A stretch of DNA of 34,260 nucleotides from an uncultured Rickettsiales bacterium. GTDB taxonomy: Bacteria > Pseudomonadota > Alphaproteobacteria > Rickettsiales > UBA998. The stretch's first letter is position 1, and the number at the start of each line of letters is the position of its first letter. The stretch covers positions 5,546 through 39,805 of the forward strand of contig CAYMGS010000001.1 of NCBI GenBank assembly GCA_964390025.1, given 5' to 3'. The position numbers and the translations under genes are program-made. Shown here piece by piece: positions 18,458 through 27,043 of this stretch. The notes below the pieces were generated by a model. It had not been told where the DNA came from, made no database searches, and saw only the letters and a list, made by a program, of their open reading frames with translations.

Positions 18458-19798
18458 ATGAAACGCGTGGTGATATTAGGCCGCCCGAATGTCGGCAAAT
18501 CGACCCTTTTTAACCGGCTGGCCGGACGCAAACTCGCTATCGTTCACGATCAGCCCGGCGTAACCCGTGACCGCAAGGTGGCTATTGCGGATATGGGGCC
18601 GGTGGATTTTGAAATCATCGACACGCCCGGCCTGGAACAGGCGGCGGAGGGGAGTCTGGAGAGTGCCATGACATCGCAGGCGATGGTGGCACTTGAAGAC
18701 GCCGATATCATCCTGTTTATCATCGATGCCCGCAGCGGGCTAACCCCGGAAGACCGTTTTTTCGCTGATCTGGCGCGACGTACCGGGCATCCGGTGATAC
18801 TCGGTGCCAATAAATCCGAGTCGCACCGGGCATCCCCCGGCCTGATGGAGGCATACGAGCTGGGGTTCGGTGACCCGGTTGCTCTCTCTGCCGAGCATGG
18901 GCTGGGCATCTCTGACCTGTATGCAGCACTGGAACCACATCTGCAAGCGGATGCGGAGGATATAGAGGAAGCGGAAGAGGATACAGATGCGCTGCTCCAG
19001 ATCGCCATCGTCGGACGGCCCAACGCCGGCAAATCCACGCTCATGAACGCCCTGCTCGGCGAAGACCGGGTGCTGGCCGGGCCACAGGCCGGGCTGACCC
19101 GTGATGCGATCATGGTGGAGACCACCCTTGGCGGAAAACCCGTCAAACTGGTAGATACAGCCGGGCTACGCCGCAAAGCCCGTGTTCAGGAAAGCTTAGA
19201 GAAGCTCTCCGTCGGCGATGCATTGCACGCCATCCGTTTTGCCCATGTGGTGATCGTGATGATCGATGCCACACAACCGCTGGAGAAGCAGGATAATGTG
19301 ATTGCCTCCCTGATTGAGCGTGAGGGGCGCGCCTGCGTGCTGGCGGTCAACAAATGGGATCTGGTGACCGAACAGCCCAAAGTGCTGCTGGGTGATATTC
19401 GCCACCGGCTGGATGATGTTGCCCCGCGTATGAAGGGCATTCCCGTGGTGCCGATGTCTGCCAGCAAGGGCCAGGGATTTCAGGAGCTGACCAAAGCAGT
19501 ATTTAAGGTTTATGAGCTGTGGAACACGCGCATCCCCACGGCCGAGCTGAACCGCTGGCTGGATGAAGCCACTATGCGCCATATGCCGCCACTGGTCAGC
19601 GGCAGACGCATCAAACTGCGTTACGCCACGCAGGCCAAAAGCCGCCCGCCCACCGTGATTATCTTCGTAAACCGTAAAGGGCTGCCGGACAGTTACATCC
19701 AGTACCTGCGCACCTCGCTGCGCTCTACGTTCAAACTACCTGGCATCCCACTGCGTATCAGCATGCGCACAGGCAAAAACCCTTATGTAAAGGAATAG
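18458..19798 (+). CDS. der: Ribosome biogenesis GTPase Der (EngA)
   Basis: 446-aa ORF with two tandem GTPase domains (G1 motifs GRPNVGKST and GRPNAGKST; DTPG/DTAG; NKSE/NKWD) and a KH-like C-terminus. Confidence 0.96.
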   Translation: MKRVVILGRPNVGKSTLFNRLAGRKLAIVHDQPGVTRDRKVAIADMGPVDFEIIDTPGLEQAAEGSLESAMTSQAMVALEDADIILFIIDARSGLTPEDRFFADLARRTGHPVILGANKSESHRASPGLMEAYELGFGDPVALSAEHGLGISDLYAALEPHLQADAEDIEEAEEDTDALLQIAIVGRPNAGKSTLMNALLGEDRVLAGPQAGLTRDAIMVETTLGGKPVKLVDTAGLRRKARVQESLEKLSVGDALHAIRFAHVVIVMIDATQPLEKQDNVIASLIEREGRACVLAVNKWDLVTEQPKVLLGDIRHRLDDVAPRMKGIPVVPMSASKGQGFQELTKAVFKVYELWNTRIPTAELNRWLDEATMRHMPPLVSGRRIKLRYATQAKSRPPTVIIFVNRKGLPDSYIQYLRTSLRSTFKLPGIPLRISMRTGKNPYVKE

Positions 19799-19836
19799 GG
19801 GAGATTCTGTGACGTGCCTCACAGGGCGCTTTCACA

Positions 19837-20337
19837 TCAGATAACTTCTTCACTCCACAGCAGGATCAGAAAGGCTACGGAAATGGCAAGACCGTATGGC
19901 ACCGGCTCACCATGCGTCAGCAGCCGGGGAATATGCGTGTCTGTATCGCGCTTGGCCAGCAGGGCGGGAAGTGTCAGACGCAGAATGTATATACCCAGAG
20001 CTAACGCCCCTCCCAGCAGACCCGTATAGACCAGCAGTTTCAGCAAGGTTTCGCTCCAGCCACACCACAGCGCCAGCGCACACAGCAATTTAATGTCGCC
20101 CGCTCCCATAATATTAAAAGCAAACAGTGCAAATCCACCGGCAAAGACAGCACCCAGCGCCAGCAGGCCATACAATACATCCACATCCGCCGGACTCAGC
20201 ACTACATATACAGGATACAGCAGCAGGACGGCCAGATTCAGCCAGTTGGGAATAACGTACCGGGTGAGATCATAAATAAACACTGCCGCCATCAGAGCAC
20301 TCAGTATCAGCGTAAAGATCAGCGTTATGTCTGTCAT
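19837..20337 (-). CDS. cpaA: A24-family prepilin peptidase (CpaA/TadV-like)
   Basis: The track ORF extends to 20385. The start is ambiguous and I prefer ATG 20335..20337 (MTDITLIFTLILSALMAAVFIYDLTRYVIPNWL). The protein is polytopic, with both aspartate-containing blocks (IYDLTRYVIPN; MGAGDIKLL) typical of TadV/CpaA. Confidence 0.8.
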   Translation of the reverse strand: MTDITLIFTLILSALMAAVFIYDLTRYVIPNWLNLAVLLLYPVYVVLSPADVDVLYGLLALGAVFAGGFALFAFNIMGAGDIKLLCALALWCGWSETLLKLLVYTGLLGGALALGIYILRLTLPALLAKRDTDTHIPRLLTHGEPVPYGLAISVAFLILLWSEEVI

Positions 20338-20390
20338 GGTAAAACCGTTCGTCTTTCTTCCGGCCCATGTTATAGTGGCAGGCATGGGCT

Positions 20391-21230
20391 ATGCGCAAAA
20401 AGAAAAACATGATGATTGATTTTATTCTGCAGGCGATGATTGCGTACGTCATCTTTGTGCTGGTGATGTATTACCTGCAGGATCGCTTCCTCTATTTCCC
20501 TGAACGCGACGCGCTGGAGCCGGAAGCGTATGGCTTAGAGGGGTTTGAACCGCTTGGCTCGGTGACCCGGGATGAGGTGCATCTGATGTCTTGGTGGAAA
20601 CCGCCACTGCCCGGCTACCCGGTAGTGATTTATTTCCACGGTAATGCCGGACATCTGGGCCTGCGCGCAGAAAAACTGGAGGCGATTGCCAAAGAAGGGC
20701 TCGGTGTACTGGCGCTGAGCTGGCGTGGCTACGGGGCCAGTACCGGTGAACCATCGGAAAACGGCCTGTACGAAGATGGTCGGGCCGTGCTGGCGATGGC
20801 GATTGAACATATGGATATCCACCCTGAATCTATCATCCTCTATGGCGAGTCGCTGGGCAGCGGCGTAGCCGTGCATCTGGGTGCACTGATGAAGCTTGGT
20901 GGGGTGGTGCTGGAAGCTCCTTACATTTCCATACTCAAACGGGCACAGGAGCGCTTCCCCATCTTGCCGGTGCGCCTGATGCTTAACTCTAAATTCGAGT
21001 CCATTGATAAAATTCCTAACCTGCAATCGCCGTTGCTGGTTCTTCACGGAGAGAAGGATGAAGTGATTCCCGTGCATCATGGCCGCACAATCCTGAACGC
21101 CGCGCCGGAACCCAAAAAGGGGATTTTCCTGCCCGAAGTCGCGCACAGCGATTTTCCCTATCCCCTGATTGCTACCGAAGTCATGACATTCGCCCGGGAG
21201 CACGGCCTGTTGCCGGAGCAGGCCGACTAA
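20391..21230 (+). CDS. Alpha/beta hydrolase (membrane-anchored, BEM46/S33-like)
   Basis: 279-aa ORF with an N-terminal TM, the oxyanion region IYFHGNAG, the nucleophile elbow GESLGSG, and a late HGEKDEVIP...H region. Confidence 0.8.
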   Translation: MRKKKNMMIDFILQAMIAYVIFVLVMYYLQDRFLYFPERDALEPEAYGLEGFEPLGSVTRDEVHLMSWWKPPLPGYPVVIYFHGNAGHLGLRAEKLEAIAKEGLGVLALSWRGYGASTGEPSENGLYEDGRAVLAMAIEHMDIHPESIILYGESLGSGVAVHLGALMKLGGVVLEAPYISILKRAQERFPILPVRLMLNSKFESIDKIPNLQSPLLVLHGEKDEVIPVHHGRTILNAAPEPKKGIFLPEVAHSDFPYPLIATEVMTFAREHGLLPEQAD

Positions 21231-21868
21231 ACCTCCATCGCCGCGTATTTCAGGCGCAGCACGGCAGATTGCAGTACATTGACCTTTGCCTCTTCGCTTG
21301 GGATAGCATCGCCACACAGGGCTTTGACCGGCAATCCGGGCCGACGCGGGAGGAAACGTCGCCATGTGCCTTTATATTTACGGCTGAGCAGACTGCCCCA
21401 CAGGCCCGTCAGCGCTACCGGGTAGACCGGCACCGGGTCACGCTGGAGGATGAATTCGATGCCGGGACGAAAGCGCATCAGGCTGCCGGTCGGGGTGAGC
21501 TGCCCTTCCGGGAACAGGCAGATCAGGTCGCCCTCTGCCAGACCCTCGGAAATGGCTTCCAGCGCCGCCTTTACCTTCTCCTTGCTTGGATAGATCGGAA
21601 TGGCACGGTTAATACACATAAAGTGATGGACAATGGGCAGGCGGTAAATCGGCTCATAAATCACGAACCGTACCGGTCTCCCTACGGCCTTATGCACCGC
21701 TGCCGCCATCAGCGGCCCGTCCATGTATGACACATGGTTACAGATCAGCACTGCAGGGCCGCTTTCGGGAATACGATCAAATCCGTGAAAACCGGGCCGA
21801 TACAGCTGGTCGATCAGCCAGGTGCCAAAACGGCGATAATGTGGCTCAAGTAATGTGTAGCAACCCAT
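21227..21868 (-). CDS. Lysophospholipid (1-acyl-sn-glycerol-3-phosphate) acyltransferase family protein
   Basis: 213-aa ORF with the HX4D motif (CNHVSYMDG) and FPEG motif (LFPEGQL). Its stop overlaps the convergent hydrolase stop. Confidence 0.8.
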   Translation of the reverse strand: MGCYTLLEPHYRRFGTWLIDQLYRPGFHGFDRIPESGPAVLICNHVSYMDGPLMAAAVHKAVGRPVRFVIYEPIYRLPIVHHFMCINRAIPIYPSKEKVKAALEAISEGLAEGDLICLFPEGQLTPTGSLMRFRPGIEFILQRDPVPVYPVALTGLWGSLLSRKYKGTWRRFLPRRPGLPVKALCGDAIPSEEAKVNVLQSAVLRLKYAAMEV

Positions 21869-21978
21869 AGCATCCTGATGTTTCCCTGTATTATACCATA
21901 TTGGCTGGCCTTAATCCTCCATTAACGCTTGGCGGGTAAGGTCGGGGCGTGTATCATGCCGGGAAGTTGAGAGCCACT

Positions 21979-22713
21979 ATGTCGAAAGTTTACGATAACG
22001 CAGAATCAGCATTGCACGGCCTGCTACATGATGGAATGACCATCATGGCAGGTGGTTTTGGCCTGTGTGGCATTCCGGAACATTGCATCAAGGTCATGGT
22101 GGATTCCGGTGTGAAGGACTTAACCATTATTTCCAATAATTGCGGTGTGGATGATTTTGGTCTGGGCCTGCTGCTGCATAATAAGCAAATCCGCAAGATG
22201 GTGTCCTCTTACGTCGGCGAGAACAAGGAATTTGAGCGGCAGTTTCTGGCAGAAGAGTTAAAGATCGAGTTTAACCCGCAAGGCACACTGGCCGAGCGCA
22301 TCCGGGCAGGGGGCGCCGGGATTCCGGCCTTTTACACCAAAACCGGTGTGGGTACGATCGTGGCGGAAGGCAAAGAAACCCGTACATTTCACGGTGAGGA
22401 ATATGTGATGGAGACGGGCCTGAAGGCGGACCTTTCCATCGTGAAAGCCTGGAAAGGTGATACCTCCGGCAATTTGTTATTCCGCAAAACCGCCCGTAAC
22501 TTCAATCCGATGATGTGCATGGCGGGTAAAGTGACGGTAGCAGAAGTGGAAGAGCTGGTGGAACCGCATGAGCTGGATGCCGACAGCATCCACACACCCG
22601 GCATTTTCGTGCAGCGCGTCTTTAAAGGCGAACAGTATGAAAAACGGATTGAGTTCGCCACCACCCGCACCCGCCATGAGGCAGAGACAGCGGGTGAAGG
22701 AAGCGAGGTATAA
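21979..22713 (+). CDS. scoA: 3-oxoacid CoA-transferase subunit A
   Basis: The track ORF starts at 21949. I prefer ATG 21979 (MSKVYDNAESALHGLLHDGMTIMAGGFGLCGIPE). It shows family I CoA-transferase A-subunit blocks and a hydrophilic C-terminal tail, ATTRTRHEAETAGEGSEV. Confidence 0.9.
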   Translation: MSKVYDNAESALHGLLHDGMTIMAGGFGLCGIPEHCIKVMVDSGVKDLTIISNNCGVDDFGLGLLLHNKQIRKMVSSYVGENKEFERQFLAEELKIEFNPQGTLAERIRAGGAGIPAFYTKTGVGTIVAEGKETRTFHGEEYVMETGLKADLSIVKAWKGDTSGNLLFRKTARNFNPMMCMAGKVTVAEVEELVEPHELDADSIHTPGIFVQRVFKGEQYEKRIEFATTRTRHEAETAGEGSEV

Positions 22714-22860
22714 GGATGATGAAAGATGAGAGAATCATGGTGAGTGAACACCGACACACGTCATGCGAACAGTATGTTCGCATCTGCCAAGAGCCCGCGA
22801 AGCGGCGCGCCACCGGAGGGCCAGCAGGCCCGCACGGGGCGCAGTCAGAGGATAATTAAC

Positions 22861-23496
22861 ATGCCATGGTCACGTGAACAGATTGCCGAGCGTGCTTCTC
22901 GCGAACTGAAAGACGGGTATTACGTCAATCTGGGGATTGGCATCCCGACCATGGTGGCCAACTACATCCCCGAAGACATCACCGTGACGCTGCAAAGTGA
23001 GAACGGGATGCTCGGCATGGGCCCGTTCCCCTACGAGGATGAGATTGACCCTGACCTGATTAACGCGGGTAAGCAGACGATCTCCGAACTGCCGGAAAGC
23101 TCGTATTTTGACAGTGCCACCTCTTTTGCGATGATTCGCGGCGGGCATATTGACCTGACTATTCTTGGCGCATTGCAGGTGGCAGAGAATGGCGACATCG
23201 CCAACTGGATGGTACCCGGCAAAATGGTCAAGGGCATGGGCGGCGCGATGGATCTGGTCGCCGGGGTGAAGCGCGTGATCGTGGTGATGGAACATAATGC
23301 GAAAGATGGCTCCGCCAAGCTGGTGCGTGAATGCTCCCTGCCGCTGACCGGCACCGGTGTGGTAGATATGATTATCACCGAACTCGGCGTTTTTGAGATG
23401 ACCGGCGGTGTGTTCCACCTGACCGAACTCGCCCCCGGCGTTCTCAAAGAAGAAGTGCTGGAGCGCACCGAAGCGAAGATTGAAGTAAGTCTTTAG
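22861..23496 (+). CDS. scoB: 3-oxoacid CoA-transferase subunit B
   Basis: The track ORF starts at GTG 22744. The conserved protein begins at ATG 22861 (MPWSREQIAERASRELKDGYYVNLGIGIPT). The catalytic-Glu motif LQSENGMLG is present. Confidence 0.9.
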   Translation: MPWSREQIAERASRELKDGYYVNLGIGIPTMVANYIPEDITVTLQSENGMLGMGPFPYEDEIDPDLINAGKQTISELPESSYFDSATSFAMIRGGHIDLTILGALQVAENGDIANWMVPGKMVKGMGGAMDLVAGVKRVIVVMEHNAKDGSAKLVRECSLPLTGTGVVDMIITELGVFEMTGGVFHLTELAPGVLKEEVLERTEAKIEVSL

Positions 23497-23963
23497 CCGA
23501 TTTCAAACAAACCTTCGACCTCCACAGCTACACCAAATGGCAGACCGGATACACCCACAGCAGCACGGGCATGGGCGCCTTTTTCTGAGCCGAATACATC
23601 CACCACCAGGTCAGACGCACCATTAGCCACTTTCGGGTGATCGGTGAAATCAGATGCGGCATGGACGAATACACCGAGCCTGAGTACGCGTTTTACATGA
23701 TCCAGTGAGCCATCGCAGGCCAACCGCAAGTGTGCCAGCACATTCAGCGTGCACAGGCGGGCACATTCCTGGCCTTCTTCCACGGAAAATTCGCGCCCCA
23801 CCGCACCAATATATTGCGGCGCGCCTTCTACCATGGGCAGCTGGCCTGAAATCACGACCAGATGATCAGAAATCGTATAGGGCACGTAATTGGCTGCCGG
23901 TGCACTCACATGCGGCAGTTGAATGCCCAGCTCTTCGAGACGCTTCTCTGTACTCATAATCAT
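23493..23963 (-). CDS. RidA (YjgF/UK114) family protein
   Basis: 156-aa ORF with the RidA-like blocks VVISGQLP, ARLCTLNVLA and RAAVGVSGLPFGVAVEVEG. Its stop overlaps the convergent scoB stop. Confidence 0.8.
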   Translation of the reverse strand: MIMSTEKRLEELGIQLPHVSAPAANYVPYTISDHLVVISGQLPMVEGAPQYIGAVGREFSVEEGQECARLCTLNVLAHLRLACDGSLDHVKRVLRLGVFVHAASDFTDHPKVANGASDLVVDVFGSEKGAHARAAVGVSGLPFGVAVEVEGLFEIG

Positions 23964-24094
23964 TTCTCCTGACCTGATGAATGTATCGTTGATACGTTAC
24001 AAAGCCCGCCACCGGAAGGCCAGAGAAATCTGGCCAAATAGTCACAGCCTACAAACAAAGGGCAACTATATAGAGCATTAGTAGACACTCTCTA

Positions 24095-24123
24095 TTTATA
24101 AGTATTTGTATAAAATTTATACT
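24095..24123 (+). promoter_or_regulatory. Candidate sigma70-type promoter upstream of virB2
   Basis: TTTATA (24095..24100), a 17-nt spacer, then TATACT (24118..24123), in a strongly A+T-rich stretch about 105 nt upstream of the virB2 ATG. Pattern match only. Confidence 0.3.
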
Positions 24124-24229
24124 ATGTTGTCACAAAACTGTAACATTTCTGTGGTACTTTTGGAGTACGGGGTCATCCCCAAATGGCTTCGTATCCTACA
24201 ATGGTTAACTTTATAGACTGGAGAGAAAC

Positions 24230-24523
24230 ATGTCTAATATCAAAAATTCTATTTTCCTACTGAGCTTCTTCGCACTGGCCCTGTTTGCGCCGCAAATGGC
24301 TATGGCGACCCCGCTCTCTGAGACCCTTTGTGCGGTAGTAGAGTGGTTTACGGGCCCGACGGGTGCTGGTATCGCGACCTTAGCGATCATCATCATCGGT
24401 GTTGGTGCGTTGCTCGGTAAAGTATCCTGGGGTATGGCGATCATCGTCGGCCTGGGCGTTGCCACCGTATTCGGTGCAGGCGAGCTGGTTGAAGCTCTGA
24501 GTGCAGACGGCGCCCAGTGCTAA
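24230..24523 (+). CDS. virB2: T4SS pilin VirB2 (TrbC/VirB2 family)
   Basis: 97-aa ORF with GGAGAG 4 nt upstream. It has a long signal peptide ending QMAMA/TP and two hydrophobic helices with a short loop (GAGIATLAIIIIGVGALLGKVSWGMAIIVGLGVATVFGA), which is the classic VirB2 layout. Confidence 0.85.
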   Translation: MSNIKNSIFLLSFFALALFAPQMAMATPLSETLCAVVEWFTGPTGAGIATLAIIIIGVGALLGKVSWGMAIIVGLGVATVFGAGELVEALSADGAQC

Positions 24524-24652
24524 TCGCAGCACACCTCGGATAATAATCCGATTAACCATTGGGGTACCTGCTGGAGTTGTCTTTGAGGCGGCTCCGCAGG
24601 TTCCCCACATTCTGGGGCAGGACAAACTTACTACACGACGGAGCGTCAGACC

Positions 24653-27019
24653 ATGGTCTCCTTTTCCTTCAGAACCAACAATGAAGAGCTTGAGGCTTTC
24701 CGCGACATCACCGATGATGTCATAGAATCTGACTTTGTTCCCTACGCCTGCCACTATAATCCACATACATTACTTACAAAAAACGGTGAACTATTACAGA
24801 CTATCAAGGTCACCGGTGTCGCACATGAGCTGCTTGGCCATCAGGACGCCAACCTCCGGGGCACTCTGAGAGAAGCTATCCGTGACTGCATTACCTCTGA
24901 CTCCTTTGCCTTGTGGTTCCACACGATTCGCCGCGAAGCCGACCTTTCAGCGCCCGGTGAGTTTGAGAATGATTTTGCCAGGGATTTGCACCAGTCGTGG
25001 GAATCGCGTAACCGGTTTAAGAATCAGTATACGAATGAAGTCTATATCACCATTGTGCATGAGGGGCAGGATGCGTCCATTGGCAATGTACAGAATTTTT
25101 CCAAAGGCCTGATTCCGGCCCGCGACATTCGCTGGCGCAACGAGTATCTGGACGAAACATACGAAAATCTCAACACCGTGGTAGAGCACATGATGGAAAA
25201 GCTGGAGGCCTTTGGGGCACACCGGCTGACCTTTTATGAGAAAGAAGGCGAGTTTTACTCTGAGCTCAGCCAGTTTCTCGAGAAAATCATTAATCTTGTC
25301 GAGCGGCCCATGCCGGTTGAGGAGCAGGATTTATGTACAACGCTGGCCAGCGGTGAAATTACCTTTGGCTTTAATGCCATGGAGGTGCGTACGGGAAACC
25401 GCCGCCGCTTTGCCTCGATCATTACTATCAAAGAACATAAGGAAGCCTCACTGAAAGCCATTGACGGCTTTTTGCAGCTCCCCATCGAATTTATCGTCAC
25501 GCAATATGTCAACTTTATCAATACGGATACCGCGCTGGAGCAATATCAGGATCAGAAAATGCTGACGGAACTCAGCGGGGATGACAAGCTCGCGAAAATC
25601 TCTGAGATTGACGATATTATCAGTAGTAACGCCAATAATCCGACCTCGTTCGGTGAACAGCAAATGACGGTCTTTATTCTGGCCGATTCCATCAAATTGC
25701 TGGAGAAACATGTCCGCCGCACCGTAAATTACCTGTTTGAGTACGGCATTATTTCCATCCGCGAGGATCTGCGTTTCGAACAATGTTACTGGGCGCAGCT
25801 ACCGGCTAATTTTGAGTTTATCAAACGTGTTTCACCTAATAGTCTGTCGCGTATCGGCGGATTCGCCAATCTACATAATTTCCCTGTAGGCAAGGCAACA
25901 GGGAATCACTGGGGTGCTGCAGTCACCACATTCCACACCGCCTCCGGGACACCGTATTTCTTCAACTTTCATCAGAAGGAATCCGGCCACACCTCTATCA
26001 TCGGCCCTTACGGTTCCGGAAAAACCGTGCTTACCAACTTCCTGGTCACGCAGGCACTTAAATTTAACCCTCGCGTCTTTTATTTTGACACGGGCGGCGC
26101 ATCCAAAGTCTTCATGGAACTGATAGGGGGGGCGCACTGTCCTGTCAGCATGGAGAGTACAGGGCAGGGCATTTTCAACCCCTTCTCGCTGCAAGCCTCA
26201 CCTGCCAATACCGAATTCATTGCCCGCTGGCTGATCGTATTGCTGCGCATGGCAGGGGACCCGGTGGATGACAACCAGAAAGCGGAAATCCGCACGGCAG
26301 CAGAAACCACCCTGTCACAACCCATGGAACAGCGTCATTTTTCACGCTTCATTGAGATTCTGTCCGAACAGTCACCGGAGACAGCCGCTGTGTTCCACCA
26401 CTGGCGGGAGGGCGGCAAACATGGACATGTCTTTACGGCAACCAGCGACCCGATGACAACCAACCCGGATATTATCAGCTTTGACCTGAGCGCAGTTATG
26501 CAGGAAGAGGCCGTCCTGATCCCGGTGTTCTCATACCTGCTCCAGCGCTGTATGGATGTCATCGGTGATGACCGCCCGGAGATTCTCATGATCGATGAAG
26601 CCTGGACACTACTGAGAAACTCACATGTGGCCGGAAATATCGGCGGCTGGCTGAACCGCCTGACGGAGAGCAACGCCATTGCCATATTAACAACAGAATC
26701 CATCGATCTTGCCGGGGAGCAACCGTTTACGCCCGGCCTGATGAGTGAAATGGTGACGCAAATCTATTTGCCCAACGAAGACCCCTCCGATGTGTATCAG
26801 GAGGCCTTTGGACTGGACGACCTTGAATTTGCTTATCTGGACGTGATGGATCTGGAAGAACGACATTTCCTGATCAAACGCTCAGGCGAGACCATTGTCG
26901 GTGAGCTGAATCTCGCCGGGCTGGATCATATTATTGCAGGCCTCTCAGGGCAGACACTGGAAGAGCCCGAGGATGCCGATGAAGACCTTCCGATACGGAA
27001 TGTATTTAGTGAGGGGTGA
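24653..27019 (+). CDS. virB4: T4SS ATPase VirB4
   Basis: 788-aa ORF. Its N-terminus FVPYACHYNPHTLLTKNGELLQTIKVTG resembles the VirB4 N-domain. Walker A GPYGSGKTVLTNFL, Walker B ILMIDEAW. Confidence 0.93.
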   Translation: MVSFSFRTNNEELEAFRDITDDVIESDFVPYACHYNPHTLLTKNGELLQTIKVTGVAHELLGHQDANLRGTLREAIRDCITSDSFALWFHTIRREADLSAPGEFENDFARDLHQSWESRNRFKNQYTNEVYITIVHEGQDASIGNVQNFSKGLIPARDIRWRNEYLDETYENLNTVVEHMMEKLEAFGAHRLTFYEKEGEFYSELSQFLEKIINLVERPMPVEEQDLCTTLASGEITFGFNAMEVRTGNRRRFASIITIKEHKEASLKAIDGFLQLPIEFIVTQYVNFINTDTALEQYQDQKMLTELSGDDKLAKISEIDDIISSNANNPTSFGEQQMTVFILADSIKLLEKHVRRTVNYLFEYGIISIREDLRFEQCYWAQLPANFEFIKRVSPNSLSRIGGFANLHNFPVGKATGNHWGAAVTTFHTASGTPYFFNFHQKESGHTSIIGPYGSGKTVLTNFLVTQALKFNPRVFYFDTGGASKVFMELIGGAHCPVSMESTGQGIFNPFSLQASPANTEFIARWLIVLLRMAGDPVDDNQKAEIRTAAETTLSQPMEQRHFSRFIEILSEQSPETAAVFHHWREGGKHGHVFTATSDPMTTNPDIISFDLSAVMQEEAVLIPVFSYLLQRCMDVIGDDRPEILMIDEAWTLLRNSHVAGNIGGWLNRLTESNAIAILTTESIDLAGEQPFTPGLMSEMVTQIYLPNEDPSDVYQEAFGLDDLEFAYLDVMDLEERHFLIKRSGETIVGELNLAGLDHIIAGLSGQTLEEPEDADEDLPIRNVFSEG

Positions 27020-27043
27020 TTAAACATAAAAAAAGGCCGTCAT

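Noticed and set aside
18550-19176. 208-aa minus-strand ORF inside der
   Set aside because: It is antisense to an unambiguous double-GTPase gene, and its composition is low-complexity and Ser/Ala/Arg-rich.
19807-19824. Hairpin CTGTGA-cgtgcc-TCACAG between the convergent der and cpaA genes, considered as a bidirectional terminator
   Set aside because: The stem is only 6 bp with a 6-nt loop, and there is no flanking T/A tract. Too weak to call.
20535-21365. 276-aa minus-strand ORF opposite the alpha/beta hydrolase gene
   Set aside because: It is a shadow ORF overlapping both the hydrolase and the acyltransferase, each of which has clear catalytic motifs. No motifs of its own.
24018-24035. Hairpin GGCCAGA-gaaa-TCTGGCC upstream of ridA
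   Set aside because: The stem is short (7 bp) with no U-tract, and it lies upstream rather than downstream of the nearest genes. No basis for a functional call.
24122-24130. An 8-mer, TATGTTGT, shared between the virB2 upstream region and the left arm of the virB8 upstream inverted repeat
   Set aside because: A single shared 8-mer between two A+T-rich regions of these sizes is expected by chance about as often as not, so it is not evidence for a common operator on its own.
24501-24725. 74-aa ORF crossing the virB2-virB4 gap, considered as a possible VirB3
   Set aside because: It is hydrophilic and Arg/Pro/Ser-rich, with no transmembrane helices or VirB3-like motif. It overlaps the ends of both virB2 and virB4 out of frame.
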